This document shows, piece after piece, positions 26,178 through 35,367 of a stretch of 64,000 nucleotides of DNA. Each line of letters starts with the position of its first letter. Positions within the stretch are counted from its first letter, which is position 1. The stretch comes from Candidatus Dormibacteria bacterium (GTDB lineage: Bacteria; Chloroflexota; Dormibacteria; Aeolococcales; Aeolococcaceae): assembly GCA_050012735.1 (NCBI GenBank), contig JBEKGP010000004.1:8918-72917 (forward strand), written 5' to 3'. The notes beneath the pieces were generated by a model, which had not been told where the DNA came from, ran no database searches, and saw only the letters and a list, made by a program, of their open reading frames with translations. The translations under genes were made by a program, and so were the position numbers.

Positions 26178-27464
26178 TCAGCCGTGGTCGGCCTCGGAGC
26201 GGCGGCGCCAGGAGTCGGGGAGCATCGCCTCCAGCACGTCGTCCACCGAGATGACCCCGATGATGCGGCGGCCGTCGTCCACGACCGGGGCCACGCTCAG
26301 GTTGAAGTCGGTCATCAGCCGCGCCACCTCGGGGAGGTCGTCGCCCGACTCGAGCGCGGTATCGCCGCGCTGCACCAGTTTGGCGACCCCGCCGTTGCCC
26401 CGAGCCTGGATCAGACTCACCAGCGGGACCGCGCCGACCAGGCGGCCCGAGGCGTCGGTGACGAAGACGTCGGCGAGCACCTGCGGCGAGAGGCCGGCGG
26501 TCTTCACGGCTGCGAGCGCCTCGGTCACCGTCGCCGCCTCGGCCACGGCCACGAAGTCCGGGCTCATCAGACCGCCCGCACTCTCCGGGCTGTAGCTGAG
26601 CAGAGCCCGCACCTTGGCCTGCTTGGCGGGGGGGAGGAGGGCGAGGATGGCGGCGCGCCGCGCCTGGTCCAGCTCGGTGATCAGGTCGGCGGCGTCGTCG
26701 GTGCCCATGCCGGCGAGCACCCCGGCCGCCTCGGCGTCGGAGCGCGAGCGGAGGAACTCGACCTGGTGCTCGGTGTTGAGCTCCTCGAAGACGTCCGCCT
26801 CCAGCTCGGGATCGGCATGGACGGCGGTGATGATCTCCTCCCCCTCCTCGTGCGAGGCGCTCTCGACGATGTCGGCGATCTCGGCGGGATGGAGGCGGCG
26901 CAGCGGGCGGATGGGCATCAGCAGCCGGGAGCTCGGGACGTGACCCACGAAGGGCTCGACCTGAGCCCAGTCGACGAGGTAACGGGATTGGTGGCGGGGA
27001 GCGTTGAAAGGCGGGGGGAGCATGCGCCGCAACGCGCCCCGGCCGCCGGAGTCGACGCCCGCCACCTTCCACCCGCCGCGCCCGGCGGTGAGCTGGATGT
27101 CCTCGGCGGTAATCAGCCGCCCCGTCTCCACGCTGATGACGCGCCTCCCGAGCACGTCGCTGCGCAGCAGCACCTCGCCCTGGCGACGCTCGAAGCGAAG
27201 CAGGCTGAGGGTCTCGCCGGTGAGCTGCACGCGCCCCTTCACCAGCTCGCCGACCCGGTCCAGCGGGACGAAGAGGTGTCGCCCCGCCAGCCGCCCGATC
27301 AGCCCGGTCACGGGCGGGTAACCGCCCGCGCCGAGACGGACGATCACGTCCTCGACTCGCCCGAGGCTCTCCCCAGCGCGATCGACGATCCGGCTGTGGG
27401 TGACCTCGGTGAGCCAGAGGCGGGCGACCCCCGACAGCGACGGCTCCGTGTCTGATGTGGTCAT
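26178..27464 (-). CDS. soluble PRC-barrel / MgtE_N / CBS-pair protein (MgtE cytoplasmic sensor module without a membrane domain)
   Basis: Two PRC-barrel-like repeats at the N-terminus, an MgtE_N helical region (HPAEIADIVE...EDVFEELNTEHQVEFL...AADLI), and two CBS motifs. The protein ends after the CBS pair with no TM segments. ATG 27464 or GTG 27476. Confidence 0.8.
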   Translation of the reverse strand: MTTSDTEPSLSGVARLWLTEVTHSRIVDRAGESLGRVEDVIVRLGAGGYPPVTGLIGRLAGRHLFVPLDRVGELVKGRVQLTGETLSLLRFERRQGEVLLRSDVLGRRVISVETGRLITAEDIQLTAGRGGWKVAGVDSGGRGALRRMLPPPFNAPRHQSRYLVDWAQVEPFVGHVPSSRLLMPIRPLRRLHPAEIADIVESASHEEGEEIITAVHADPELEADVFEELNTEHQVEFLRSRSDAEAAGVLAGMGTDDAADLITELDQARRAAILALLPPAKQAKVRALLSYSPESAGGLMSPDFVAVAEAATVTEALAAVKTAGLSPQVLADVFVTDASGRLVGAVPLVSLIQARGNGGVAKLVQRGDTALESGDDLPEVARLMTDFNLSVAPVVDDGRRIIGVISVDDVLEAMLPDSWRRRSEADHG

Positions 27465-27488
27465 CTGACGGCCCACAGTCTGCCACGT

Positions 27489-27511
27489 CCTCCGACCCGA
27501 GGCGTCGGAGG
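27489..27511 (-). terminator. candidate terminator hairpin after the two-component operon
   Basis: CCTCCGAC-N7-GTCGGAGG gives an 8-bp perfect stem 32 nt downstream of the kinase stop. Confidence 0.4.
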
Positions 27512-27542
27512 CCCGCTCGGTGCTCCCCGGCCCGAGGCGCGG

Positions 27543-28967
27543 TCAGGGCTCAGGGACGGCTTCCGGCTCGCGCCCGCCGGTCAGGGAGCGCGGCCAGCTC
27601 ACCCCCATGCTCGCCCCGCCGGCCGGCGCGTCCCCGATCTGCCAGCGGCCCCCGGTCGCGCTCACGACGGAGTTGGCGATGGCGAGCCCGAGGCCCGCGC
27701 CTCCGGGCCGGTCGGTGGCACGGCGGAAGCGGTCAAAGATGTGCTCCCGTTCCTCGAGGGGGATGCCGGGACCGGAGTCGTCCACGGAGAGCCGAATCCG
27801 GTTGCCGTCCGGCCACACGGCGACGTCAATGCTCCCGCCCTCGGGCACGTACTTGCAGGCATTGTCCAGGAGGACGCCCAGGAGGCGATCCAGCCAGTCC
27901 GGCGGGGCCTGGACCACGAGCGGCACCGGCGGCGTCCGGACCGTGAGCCGGACGCTGTTGGCCTCGGTGACGGCCGTGAACCGGTCAGCGGCCATGTGGG
28001 CGAGGACGGCGACATCCACGTGCTCCGCCTGGGTGCGTTCCCGGGTGGTGTCGAAGCGGGCCAGCCAGAGGAGGTCCTCGACCAGGTGGCGCATGCGCCC
28101 GCTCTCCCCCTGCACCCGCTGGAAGGCGGCGTGATACCAGGCGACCTCGCGGGGTTGGGCGAGGGCGAGTGAGGTCTGGGCCTCAATCACCGAGAGCGGG
28201 GTGCGCAGCTCGTGGGAGGCGTCGGCGGTGAACTCCATCTGACGGACCCGGGCCTGCTCGATGGGCGCGGCCACCCGGCGGCCGATGGTGAGCGCTCCGA
28301 GGAAGACGGCGAGCAGGAGGACCGGACCGACGATGCTCTCGGCCAGGATCAGGTTGCCCTCCGCGGAGCCGACCCCGCTCAGCGACTGGCCGATGACCAT
28401 GCGCACCAGCGTGAACCGCTCGTAGATGGGCAGCTCGGTGACGGGGTCGACGGCGATCTGGGCCTCGTACTGCACCGGCGGGGTGATGTCGGTGCCGATC
28501 ACCCGGAAGTCGTCGCCAGCGATGGCGACGGTCTGCGGGGTCGTTCCGACGCCCTGGGCGGATGCCGGCAGCTCATTGCCGGAAGAGGTCGGTACCGTGC
28601 ATGCCTGCAGCTGGGCCTGGGGGTCGCAGACGACCTCGGTACCGTCGGTGGCGACGAACCAGTACCAGAGCGGGGAGCCCGACGTCCCGCCCGATTGCGG
28701 GGTTCCGCCCGCGGTGGAGGTGGTGAGGGCCCGGCTCAGCTGAGTGTCGACCTCCGAGGCCTCCCGTGCGTTGACGATGAGGAGCACCACCACCGCGATC
28801 ACCAGGTAGACGGCGGCGACGATGGCGGTGCTGGTCAGGGCCACCCGGGTGGCCGCCACCCGCACCCGGCGCAGCGCGTCCCTTCCGGAGTCGCCGGTGC
28901 CGGTGGGGCTCCCGCCGGAGAGCCGATCGAGGGCGCGGCCGACCCGTGCGAGGGGTCCGGAGCTCAC
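27543..28967 (-). CDS. sensor histidine kinase (two TM, extracytoplasmic domain, HAMP, HisKA, HATPase_c)
   Basis: H-box FTADASHELRTPLS, N-box LLDNACKY, VDDSGPGI, GGAGLGLAI. Two TM segments flank a roughly 170-aa external domain. Confidence 0.85.
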   Translation of the reverse strand: MSSGPLARVGRALDRLSGGSPTGTGDSGRDALRRVRVAATRVALTSTAIVAAVYLVIAVVVLLIVNAREASEVDTQLSRALTTSTAGGTPQSGGTSGSPLWYWFVATDGTEVVCDPQAQLQACTVPTSSGNELPASAQGVGTTPQTVAIAGDDFRVIGTDITPPVQYEAQIAVDPVTELPIYERFTLVRMVIGQSLSGVGSAEGNLILAESIVGPVLLLAVFLGALTIGRRVAAPIEQARVRQMEFTADASHELRTPLSVIEAQTSLALAQPREVAWYHAAFQRVQGESGRMRHLVEDLLWLARFDTTRERTQAEHVDVAVLAHMAADRFTAVTEANSVRLTVRTPPVPLVVQAPPDWLDRLLGVLLDNACKYVPEGGSIDVAVWPDGNRIRLSVDDSGPGIPLEEREHIFDRFRRATDRPGGAGLGLAIANSVVSATGGRWQIGDAPAGGASMGVSWPRSLTGGREPEAVPEP

Positions 28968-29635
28968 CCCGCCTCCTCGAGCCGGTATCCCGCTCCCCGC
29001 ACCGTGACGATCCGGATGCCGGCGGTCGGGAGCTTGGCCCGGAGCCGGCTGAGCTGGACGTCGATGGCATTGGAGCCGAGAGCGTCCGTCTCGTCCCGCC
29101 AGCCGTGCTCGGCGATCGCCTTGCGGTCGACGACCGCGGGCGAGCGCCGCATCAGCAGCTCGAGGATGTTGTACTCCGTGGTCGTCAGGTTGACCGGGTG
29201 CCCACCCGCGCTTACCTCACGGCGGAGCGGGTCGAGTGCCAGGCCGCCCCGGATGATCACCGGCGCGTCCACCCCACGGGGCCGGCGCTGAAGGGCGCGG
29301 ATCCGGGCCAGCAGCTCGGAGAAGTCGAAGGGTTTGACCAGGTAGTCGTCGGCTCCGGCATCGAGACCCTCCACCCGGTCCGGGGGTGTGTCCCGGGCGG
29401 TGAGCATCAGGATCGCGGTGGGCCGCTCGTTGCGACGTGCCCAGCGGACCACGTCGATGCCGGCGCCGCCCGGCATCCGCCAGTCGATGACGGCGACGTC
29501 GTACTCGTAGAACTTGAGCTGGTCGATGGCGTCGTCGCCCCGGCCGACGGCGTCGACCTGGTAGCCGCCGTCTTCCAGGCCCTGGATCAGGACCGACCGG
29601 AGTCCGGGATCGTCCTCGGCGACGAGGATGCGCAT
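28964..29635 (-). CDS. OmpR/PhoB family response regulator
   Basis: MRILVAEDD, DVAVIDWRMPG, LMLTARD, YLVKPF, followed by a winged-helix C-terminus (LTTTEYNILELL...VRGAGYRL). There is a 4-nt overlap with the kinase gene. Confidence 0.9.
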   Translation of the reverse strand: MRILVAEDDPGLRSVLIQGLEDGGYQVDAVGRGDDAIDQLKFYEYDVAVIDWRMPGGAGIDVVRWARRNERPTAILMLTARDTPPDRVEGLDAGADDYLVKPFDFSELLARIRALQRRPRGVDAPVIIRGGLALDPLRREVSAGGHPVNLTTTEYNILELLMRRSPAVVDRKAIAEHGWRDETDALGSNAIDVQLSRLRAKLPTAGIRIVTVRGAGYRLEEAG

Positions 29636-29695
29636 GACGTCAGTCTCCCGCAGCCGGGCCCATAAAGCAGCCCCCGCTTGGGGCTCGGGCGCTCA

Positions 29696-30529
29696 TCAGG
29701 TGGTCGTGGTGCCGCCGCCCTGACCCCCGAATCCGCCGAAACCCCCTCCGCCAAAGCCGCCGAACCCGCTCCCCCCCGTGAAGCAGCCGGACGGGCCGGT
29801 GGGCTCGATGAGCAGGGAGCTGGCGGTCACCGTGCCCGAGGAGGTCTTGGGGCCGATGGCGGCGACGCACGTCCCGGACACCAGGTCAGAGGTCGAACCC
29901 GGGATCGTCGTGGCTACCGTGGCGGTGCTGGGAACCGTTATGCCCTGGCTGGAGCCGCTGCTGGGCTGGATGGTCACCGCGCCGGCATTCACGGCGGTGA
30001 CCACCCCCCGAACGCTCGCGAAGCCGGAGGCGTAACTTCCGGAGGGTCGGGGAGCGAAGCTGAAGTTGGGACGGCCGCCCGGAAAGCCCCCGGCATCCCC
30101 ACCCGTGAGTGAGATCGCCGGGCAGGAGCCCTTGACCTCCGGCGAGACCGTCAACCGGTTCGCGGTCATCGTGCCCGAGGCTTCGCTGCCGGTGGCGGTG
30201 ATGCAGCTCCCCACCGTGATGTCGGAGACGCTCCCGGTTCCGGTCTGGCTGATGGGTGTCGAGCTGCCGAGCTCGACGGTCACGTCACCGCTCGAGGTGC
30301 TGAGCACCAGCGTCGACCCGCTCAGGCTGACCACGCTCCCGTCGGTGAGGTTGCCGTCCCGGAATCCACCGTACCCGCCCGGAACCGCGCTGCTCGTCGT
30401 ACCGCAGGCCGCGATCAGAAGCCCCAGACCGCCGACGGCGGCGACCGTGGCGAGGCGCGCGCGGACGCGGCCAGAGGCCGGCCAGCACTCTGCCGCGCAC
30501 CTCCGCGTCGCCAGCAACCTCTTCACCAC
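29696..30529 (-). CDS. secreted lipoprotein with three internal beta-rich repeats (DUF5666-like) and a Gly/Phe-rich tail
   Basis: Lipobox LLIAACG. Three repeats of the pattern G..V..v......vt......T.i....g...sDi..G.C..a.G.....g...A..l. The C-terminus is GGSGFGGFGGGGFGGFGGQGGGTTTT. The DUF5666 assignment is from memory of the repeat pattern only. Confidence 0.7.
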   Translation of the reverse strand: MVKRLLATRRCAAECWPASGRVRARLATVAAVGGLGLLIAACGTTSSAVPGGYGGFRDGNLTDGSVVSLSGSTLVLSTSSGDVTVELGSSTPISQTGTGSVSDITVGSCITATGSEASGTMTANRLTVSPEVKGSCPAISLTGGDAGGFPGGRPNFSFAPRPSGSYASGFASVRGVVTAVNAGAVTIQPSSGSSQGITVPSTATVATTIPGSTSDLVSGTCVAAIGPKTSSGTVTASSLLIEPTGPSGCFTGGSGFGGFGGGGFGGFGGQGGGTTTT

Positions 30530-30710
30530 TCCTCTGAACTGGACCGATTATCCGGACCTGGGAGGTGGCGCCGGTCGCGATGCGCGGCCGGCACCACCCG
30601 GGGGGGAGGTCGGAGATCGGTAGCCAGCCCATTCCACCCCAGTCGACCTTTCGATTCCGTGATGCCCGTCCATGAGAACCCGTGATGGCGGTTCAATGAC
30701 GCCCGATAGC

Positions 30711-31784
30711 ATGCGCATCGCCCTCGTCGCCCCGCTCATCGCCCCGCTCCGCGAGCCTCAGCTGGGCGGTGTGCAGACCTTCATCGTCGATCTGGCCCGG
30801 GGACTCACCGCGCGCGGATACGAGGTCACCGTCTTTGCCGCCCGTGGCTCCCAGGTGGAGGGCGTGCGAGTGATGGACACCGGTGTCGACGCCGCGCTGC
30901 TCGGCGCGACCCTCTTCCGCCCGGACCGCGAGCCCGCCGCCGACGCTCGATCCGAAGCAGCCTTCGCCACGACCCTGGCTCTGGTCGGATCCTTCGACTT
31001 CGACGTGGTCCACAACCATGCCTTCGACGTGCCCGCGATCCGCCACGCCACCAGCCTCGCCACCCCGGTCCTTCACTCCCTTCACATGCCGGCCGACCCC
31101 GAGGTCGGCGCGGCCCTCGCCGCCGCCAGGCGGGGCCCCCACCCCCCGCTGGTCGCCGCCGTCTCCGAAGCCCAGGCCGGTTCCTGGCGGCGAATCGTGG
31201 GGATCGACGCCGTGCTCCGCCCCGGCATCCCGACCGCGACCATCCCGTGGCGTGCGACGCGCGCCTCCGCGCGCCTCCTCTTCGCCGGCCGCTTCTCGCC
31301 GGAGAAGGGTGCGCGGGAGGCGGTGGCCATCGCCAGGGCGGCTCGCCGGCCCCTCCTCATCTGCGGTCCCGCGTATGACCCCGAGTACGCCACCCGGCTG
31401 AGTGCACTCCTCGAGGACACCTCTGTGGAGGTCCGCCCCGCGCTGGAGAGAAGGGCCCTGTGGATCGAGATGGCGCATTCCGCCGTCGTGCTCTGCCCGG
31501 CGGGATGGGACGAGCCCTTCGGTCTGGTGGCCGCGGAGGCCAACGCCTGCGGGACCCCGGTTGTGGGCTTCCGCCGGGGCGGCCTTCCGGAGGTCGTCGC
31601 CGAGGGGGTGACGGGGATCCTGCTCACCGCAGGGGACGTCGCCGGAGCGGCGGCGGCGGTGGGGCGGGCGGATCAATTGAGCCGGCAATCCTGCCGCGGC
31701 CACGCCGAGCGTCACCTCGACCTGGAGGCAACGCTCGACGCCCACGAGCGAATGTACCGGCGGGCCGCCGGGTACCGGGGCTGA
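30711..31784 (+). CDS. glycosyltransferase family 4 (GT-B, GT1-type C-terminal domain)
   Basis: MRIALVAP...GGVQTFIVDLARGLTARGYEVTVF start and EPFGLVAAEANACGTPVVGFRRGGLPEVV (the E-x7-E region). In-frame alternative starts are at 30672 and 30696. Confidence 0.8.
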   Translation: MRIALVAPLIAPLREPQLGGVQTFIVDLARGLTARGYEVTVFAARGSQVEGVRVMDTGVDAALLGATLFRPDREPAADARSEAAFATTLALVGSFDFDVVHNHAFDVPAIRHATSLATPVLHSLHMPADPEVGAALAAARRGPHPPLVAAVSEAQAGSWRRIVGIDAVLRPGIPTATIPWRATRASARLLFAGRFSPEKGAREAVAIARAARRPLLICGPAYDPEYATRLSALLEDTSVEVRPALERRALWIEMAHSAVVLCPAGWDEPFGLVAAEANACGTPVVGFRRGGLPEVVAEGVTGILLTAGDVAGAAAAVGRADQLSRQSCRGHAERHLDLEATLDAHERMYRRAAGYRG

Positions 31785-31797
31785 GAGCGGGCGGGCC

Positions 31798-32697
31798 TCA
31801 GGCCGCCGCGACCCGGTTGCGCCCCTCGGCCTTGGCGACATAGAGGGCGTCGTCAGCACGGTGGACGAGGACCTCGGCGTCCTCGCTGCCGCTGGTGTGC
31901 CCGACGCTGACGGTAACCCGGATCCAGCTGCCGTCGTCGAGGCTGAAGGGCGCCGCCGCGATCACCTGGCGCAGCCGTTCGGCCATGACCCTCACCCCCT
32001 CCGGCTGGGTTTCGGTGAGCACCGCCAGGAACTCCTCACCGCCCCAGCGCCCCAGGGCATCCTCGGTGCGCATCGCCTGCTGCAGGCGCGCGGCGACCTC
32101 GCGAAGCACGCCGTCACCGGCGAGGTGCCCGTGCGCGTCGTTCACTTCCTTGAAGTGGTCGATGTCGACGATCAGCACCCCGACGGTGCGGTCGTGGCGG
32201 CGGGCCGCGCTGATCACCCGGCGCAGGTGCTCGTCGAGATGGCGGCGGTTGTAGATGTCGGTCAGCATGTCGATGCGCGACACCCGATCCAGCTCGGCAT
32301 TGCGAGTGCGCAACTCGTCCTGCAGCCCCTTGGTCCGGAGTGCGGCGCTCACCCGCGCCATCAGCTCGTTGGCCTCGAACGGTTTGCGCAGGTAGTCGTG
32401 GGCGCCGAGCCTCAGCCCGTTCACCATGTCGACGGTGTCGACCCGCCCGGTGAGGAAGACGACCGGGATGTCCTTGAGCTGAGGATCCGCCTTGAGCCGT
32501 GCCAGGGTGGCATGACCGTCGAGCACCGGCATCTCGACGTCGAGGAGGATGACGTCCGGGCGGTACTCGCGGCAGGCGGCGATGGCCTCCTCCCCGTTGA
32601 CCGCCTCGACGACGGTGTGGCCGTCGCCTTCGAGCTGGCGGCGGAGCACGGCCCGCACCACCATCGAGTCGTCGGCGATCAGGATCGTGCCGTTCAC
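31798..32697 (-). CDS. response regulator-diguanylate cyclase (REC-GGDEF, WspR/PleD-like)
   Basis: Receiver motifs (ILIADDS, ILLDVEMP, FLTG, YLRKPF), a coiled linker, a GGDEF domain with active GGEEF, and an I-site RTED five residues upstream of it. Confidence 0.9.
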   Translation of the reverse strand: MNGTILIADDSMVVRAVLRRQLEGDGHTVVEAVNGEEAIAACREYRPDVILLDVEMPVLDGHATLARLKADPQLKDIPVVFLTGRVDTVDMVNGLRLGAHDYLRKPFEANELMARVSAALRTKGLQDELRTRNAELDRVSRIDMLTDIYNRRHLDEHLRRVISAARRHDRTVGVLIVDIDHFKEVNDAHGHLAGDGVLREVAARLQQAMRTEDALGRWGGEEFLAVLTETQPEGVRVMAERLRQVIAAAPFSLDDGSWIRVTVSVGHTSGSEDAEVLVHRADDALYVAKAEGRNRVAAA

Positions 32698-33083
32698 TGG
32701 AGCTCCTTGGCGAGCTCGTCGGTGTCGAGGAGCAGGACCATCCGCTGCTCCTCGGCCCGGATCACCCCGCAGACGATGGGGTTCTCCTGGCCGGCGGGCG
32801 GGGCGGTGATTTCGCTCGCCTCCACCCGGAGGATGCCGAGGGCACTCTCGACGATCAGCCCGAAGCGCTCACCGCCACCGTCCAGGACGAGCACGTAGCC
32901 GGCGGCGCCCCCGAGCACGGAGAGCACGGTGAGGATCTCGTCCCCGTGCCGAAGGAGCCCGGCGATCCCGGCCTTGGGAACCGGCAGGGGGGTGATCCCG
33001 TAGGGCAGCCGCACCTCCTGAACCCGCTCGATGGGGACCGCCCATTCACTGTCCGCCGTCCCGAAGTGGACCAGTGTTCTCAT
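32694..33083 (-). CDS. cheW: CheW-like coupling protein
   Basis: 129 aa with the CheW pattern (WAVPIERVQEV......P.P.aP..IAGLLrhGDEILTVL). It has 4-nt overlaps with both neighbours. Confidence 0.85.
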   Translation of the reverse strand: MRTLVHFGTADSEWAVPIERVQEVRLPYGITPLPVPKAGIAGLLRHGDEILTVLSVLGGAAGYVLVLDGGGERFGLIVESALGILRVEASEITAPPAGQENPIVCGVIRAEEQRMVLLLDTDELAKELQ

Positions 33084-34327
33084 GGCTTGGGTGTCCTCGT
33101 CAGCCGGTGGTCGATCATGCGGACCAGTTCACCAATCTGGTAGCCCTCGAGGGCGACTTCGGCGGCCGCGGTGCTGCGGCGGAGAGCGGCCCGGGCGACG
33201 CTGAAGGCCCGGCGGGCCTGGTGCGCTTCGCCCAGGAGCTCGAAGGCCAGCCCCAGCTGGAAGTGGGCGATGGCGTGATCGGGGTCGAGGTAGGCGACCT
33301 TCCGGAGCGCGGCCACGGCGGCGGCCGCGTCGCCGGACTGGAGACCGGCTTCGCCCTCGGCGAGGAGGGCCGCGGTCGAAGGGTCGCCGCCGCCCTGGTC
33401 CTCGGCCGCCCGGGCGCGACCGGCCGGCCCGCCATCGAGGCGCGCAGCGGGGTGGTCCGGGGCCTTGGCGCGCGTGGAGGTGCTCAGCGAGTGGTTCGAA
33501 TGGCCGGGGAGGGGACGGACCCCAGCCACCACGGCCGCCATCGCCGGGTCGGGTTGCCGATACGCGAAGGCGGTGCCGACCCGGACCAGGTGGAAGCGTT
33601 CGGTGACCTGCCAGAGGGATTCCGAGTAGCCGAGGAAGACCCAGCCCCGCGGGTCCATGGTGGTGGCGATCCGTTCCAGGGCGGCCAGCACGTCGCGGCG
33701 GTCCAAGTAGATGAGGACGTTGCGGCAGAAGACCACCTCCGCGCCGGCGGCCTGCGCCGGAGCCGGGTCGCGGGACAGGTTGTGCCGGAAGACCGTCACC
33801 CTCGACCGGAGCTCGGGGACGACCTCCCAGTGGTCGCCGGTCCTGCGGAGGTACCGGCTGCGCTCCGTCTCGCCAAGCCCGGTGAGCTGCCGCTCCTCGT
33901 AGCGTCCGGAGGCGGCCTGGCGGAGGGCGCGGGAAGAGATGTCGGAGGCGACCACCCGCCACTCCGCGATGCCGCTCTCGGCCAGCATCATGGCGAGGGT
34001 GTAGGGCTCCTGACCCCAGGCACATCCGGCGCTCCAGACGGTGAGCGGGGAGTGCAGGGTGGGCACGACGTCGCGGCGGAAGGCGGCGATCTGGGCGGGA
34101 TCGCGGAAGAAGGAGGTCTCCTGGACGGTGAGCTCGTCAAGGCAGGCCTGGAGCGCCGGCCCCTCGGCGGCGATCTCATCGACGATCGTCTGGTCCGGCA
34201 CGCCCCGCTGCTCCGCGGTGTGGTGGAGCCAGTAGTCGAGCCGGTTTCGCTGCGCGGGGTCGAGGCGCAGGCCCACGGTCCGTTGCACGAACTCGCTGGC
34301 CGTGTCGAGCAGGATCTCGCTGGTCAT
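33080..34327 (-). CDS. cheR: CheR-type chemoreceptor methyltransferase with C-terminal TPR domain (WspC/FrzF-like)
   Basis: ETSFFRD, VWSAGCAWGQEPYTLAM, VFCRNVLIYL are SAM-methyltransferase CheR motifs. The last 110 aa or so form TPR-like helical repeats. Confidence 0.9.
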   Translation of the reverse strand: MTSEILLDTASEFVQRTVGLRLDPAQRNRLDYWLHHTAEQRGVPDQTIVDEIAAEGPALQACLDELTVQETSFFRDPAQIAAFRRDVVPTLHSPLTVWSAGCAWGQEPYTLAMMLAESGIAEWRVVASDISSRALRQAASGRYEERQLTGLGETERSRYLRRTGDHWEVVPELRSRVTVFRHNLSRDPAPAQAAGAEVVFCRNVLIYLDRRDVLAALERIATTMDPRGWVFLGYSESLWQVTERFHLVRVGTAFAYRQPDPAMAAVVAGVRPLPGHSNHSLSTSTRAKAPDHPAARLDGGPAGRARAAEDQGGGDPSTAALLAEGEAGLQSGDAAAAVAALRKVAYLDPDHAIAHFQLGLAFELLGEAHQARRAFSVARAALRRSTAAAEVALEGYQIGELVRMIDHRLTRTPKP

Positions 34328-35367
34328 GCCGGCACCGGTGCACCGGCGGCGCGTAGCACCGCGGCGGCGATCTCGGAGAGGGGCAGCACCCAGGCGGCGC
34401 CGCCGTTGTCGTGGGCCGCCTTGGGCATGCCGTAGACGGCGGAGGACGCTTCGTCCTGGGCCATGGTGGTCCCCCCGATCCGACGCAGGGCGAGCAGGCC
34501 GGACGCCCCGTCATCTCCCATCCCCGTGAGGATCACCCCGATCCCGCCGTCGCCACCGCAGTCGGCCATGCTGTGGAAGAGGACGTCGGCGGACGGGCGG
34601 TGGAGGGTCACGGGCTCGTCGAGCAGCGACAGCCGGTGGCCGCGCCGCACGATGGCGTGCAGCCCCGGCGGTGCCACCAGGACCACCCCGGGCCGGAGCT
34701 GGACGCCATCGACGGCGAGATCGACGGGAAGGGCGGACTCCCGGCGCATCCAGCTGAGAAAGCCGTCCATGAAGCCCGACTGCAGGTGCTGGACGACGAT
34801 GACCGGGCGGTTGAGCCCACCCAGGCCGGAGAGGACCTGGGCCAGGGCGGGGGGACCGCCGGTCGATGCCGCCAGACCGACCACGCCGTCGACCCGTTGC
34901 GGGCGCCCCCCCGCGAGGGCGGGGCGCGGCTCCCGGGTCACCGGACGCCGGAGCCGATCGCGGCGGCGCTGCGAGAGGTGTCCGAGGGCATGAAGGCGTT
35001 TGCGCAGCTCGGCGGCGACCGCGACGTCCCACTTGGCGGGGTAGGTCATCACATCCACGGCGCCGGCGACGACCGCCGCCATGGAAGTGTCCCGACGCTG
35101 GTCGGACGGGACCATGAGAAGGATGGGCACGGGGGCGAGGGCGAGGATCTCGCGGACGAGGCTGGCGGCCTGGCTGCTGCTGGAGAGCCCGGACATGTCG
35201 AGGCCCACGATGTCGGGGCGATCCCGACCGACGTGATCAACGGCCTGGGCGGGGGCGACCTGGCCCACGACGCTCGCGTCGCGATCGGCCTCGACGGCGC
35301 GCGTGAGTTGCGCACCCCAGGGTCCCGTCTGCCCGGTGATGATCAGCACCCGCAGGGTGTCCCTCAC
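34324..35367 (-). CDS. cheB: CheB-type methylesterase with a degenerate receiver domain
   Basis: Esterase triad contexts are present: LAASTGGPPAL (Ser), VVQHLQSGF (His), LTGMGDDGASGL (Asp). The N-terminal receiver has LIITGQ in place of the acidic DD pair. I place the start at GTG 35367, which gives 347 aa with a 4-nt overlap to the upstream small ORF stop, because 5 of the 11 codons following ATG 35415 (inclusive) end in A/T. Confidence 0.85.
   Translation of the reverse strand: MRDTLRVLIITGQTGPWGAQLTRAVEADRDASVVGQVAPAQAVDHVGRDRPDIVGLDMSGLSSSSQAASLVREILALAPVPILLMVPSDQRRDTSMAAVVAGAVDVMTYPAKWDVAVAAELRKRLHALGHLSQRRRDRLRRPVTREPRPALAGGRPQRVDGVVGLAASTGGPPALAQVLSGLGGLNRPVIVVQHLQSGFMDGFLSWMRRESALPVDLAVDGVQLRPGVVLVAPPGLHAIVRRGHRLSLLDEPVTLHRPSADVLFHSMADCGGDGGIGVILTGMGDDGASGLLALRRIGGTTMAQDEASSAVYGMPKAAHDNGGAAWVLPLSEIAAAVLRAAGAPVPA

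Noticed and set aside
26178-27476. Annotating this gene as the magnesium transporter MgtE.
   Set aside because: The translation ends right after the CBS pair, with no hydrophobic segment. The five-helix MgtE channel domain is absent, so it cannot be a transporter by itself.
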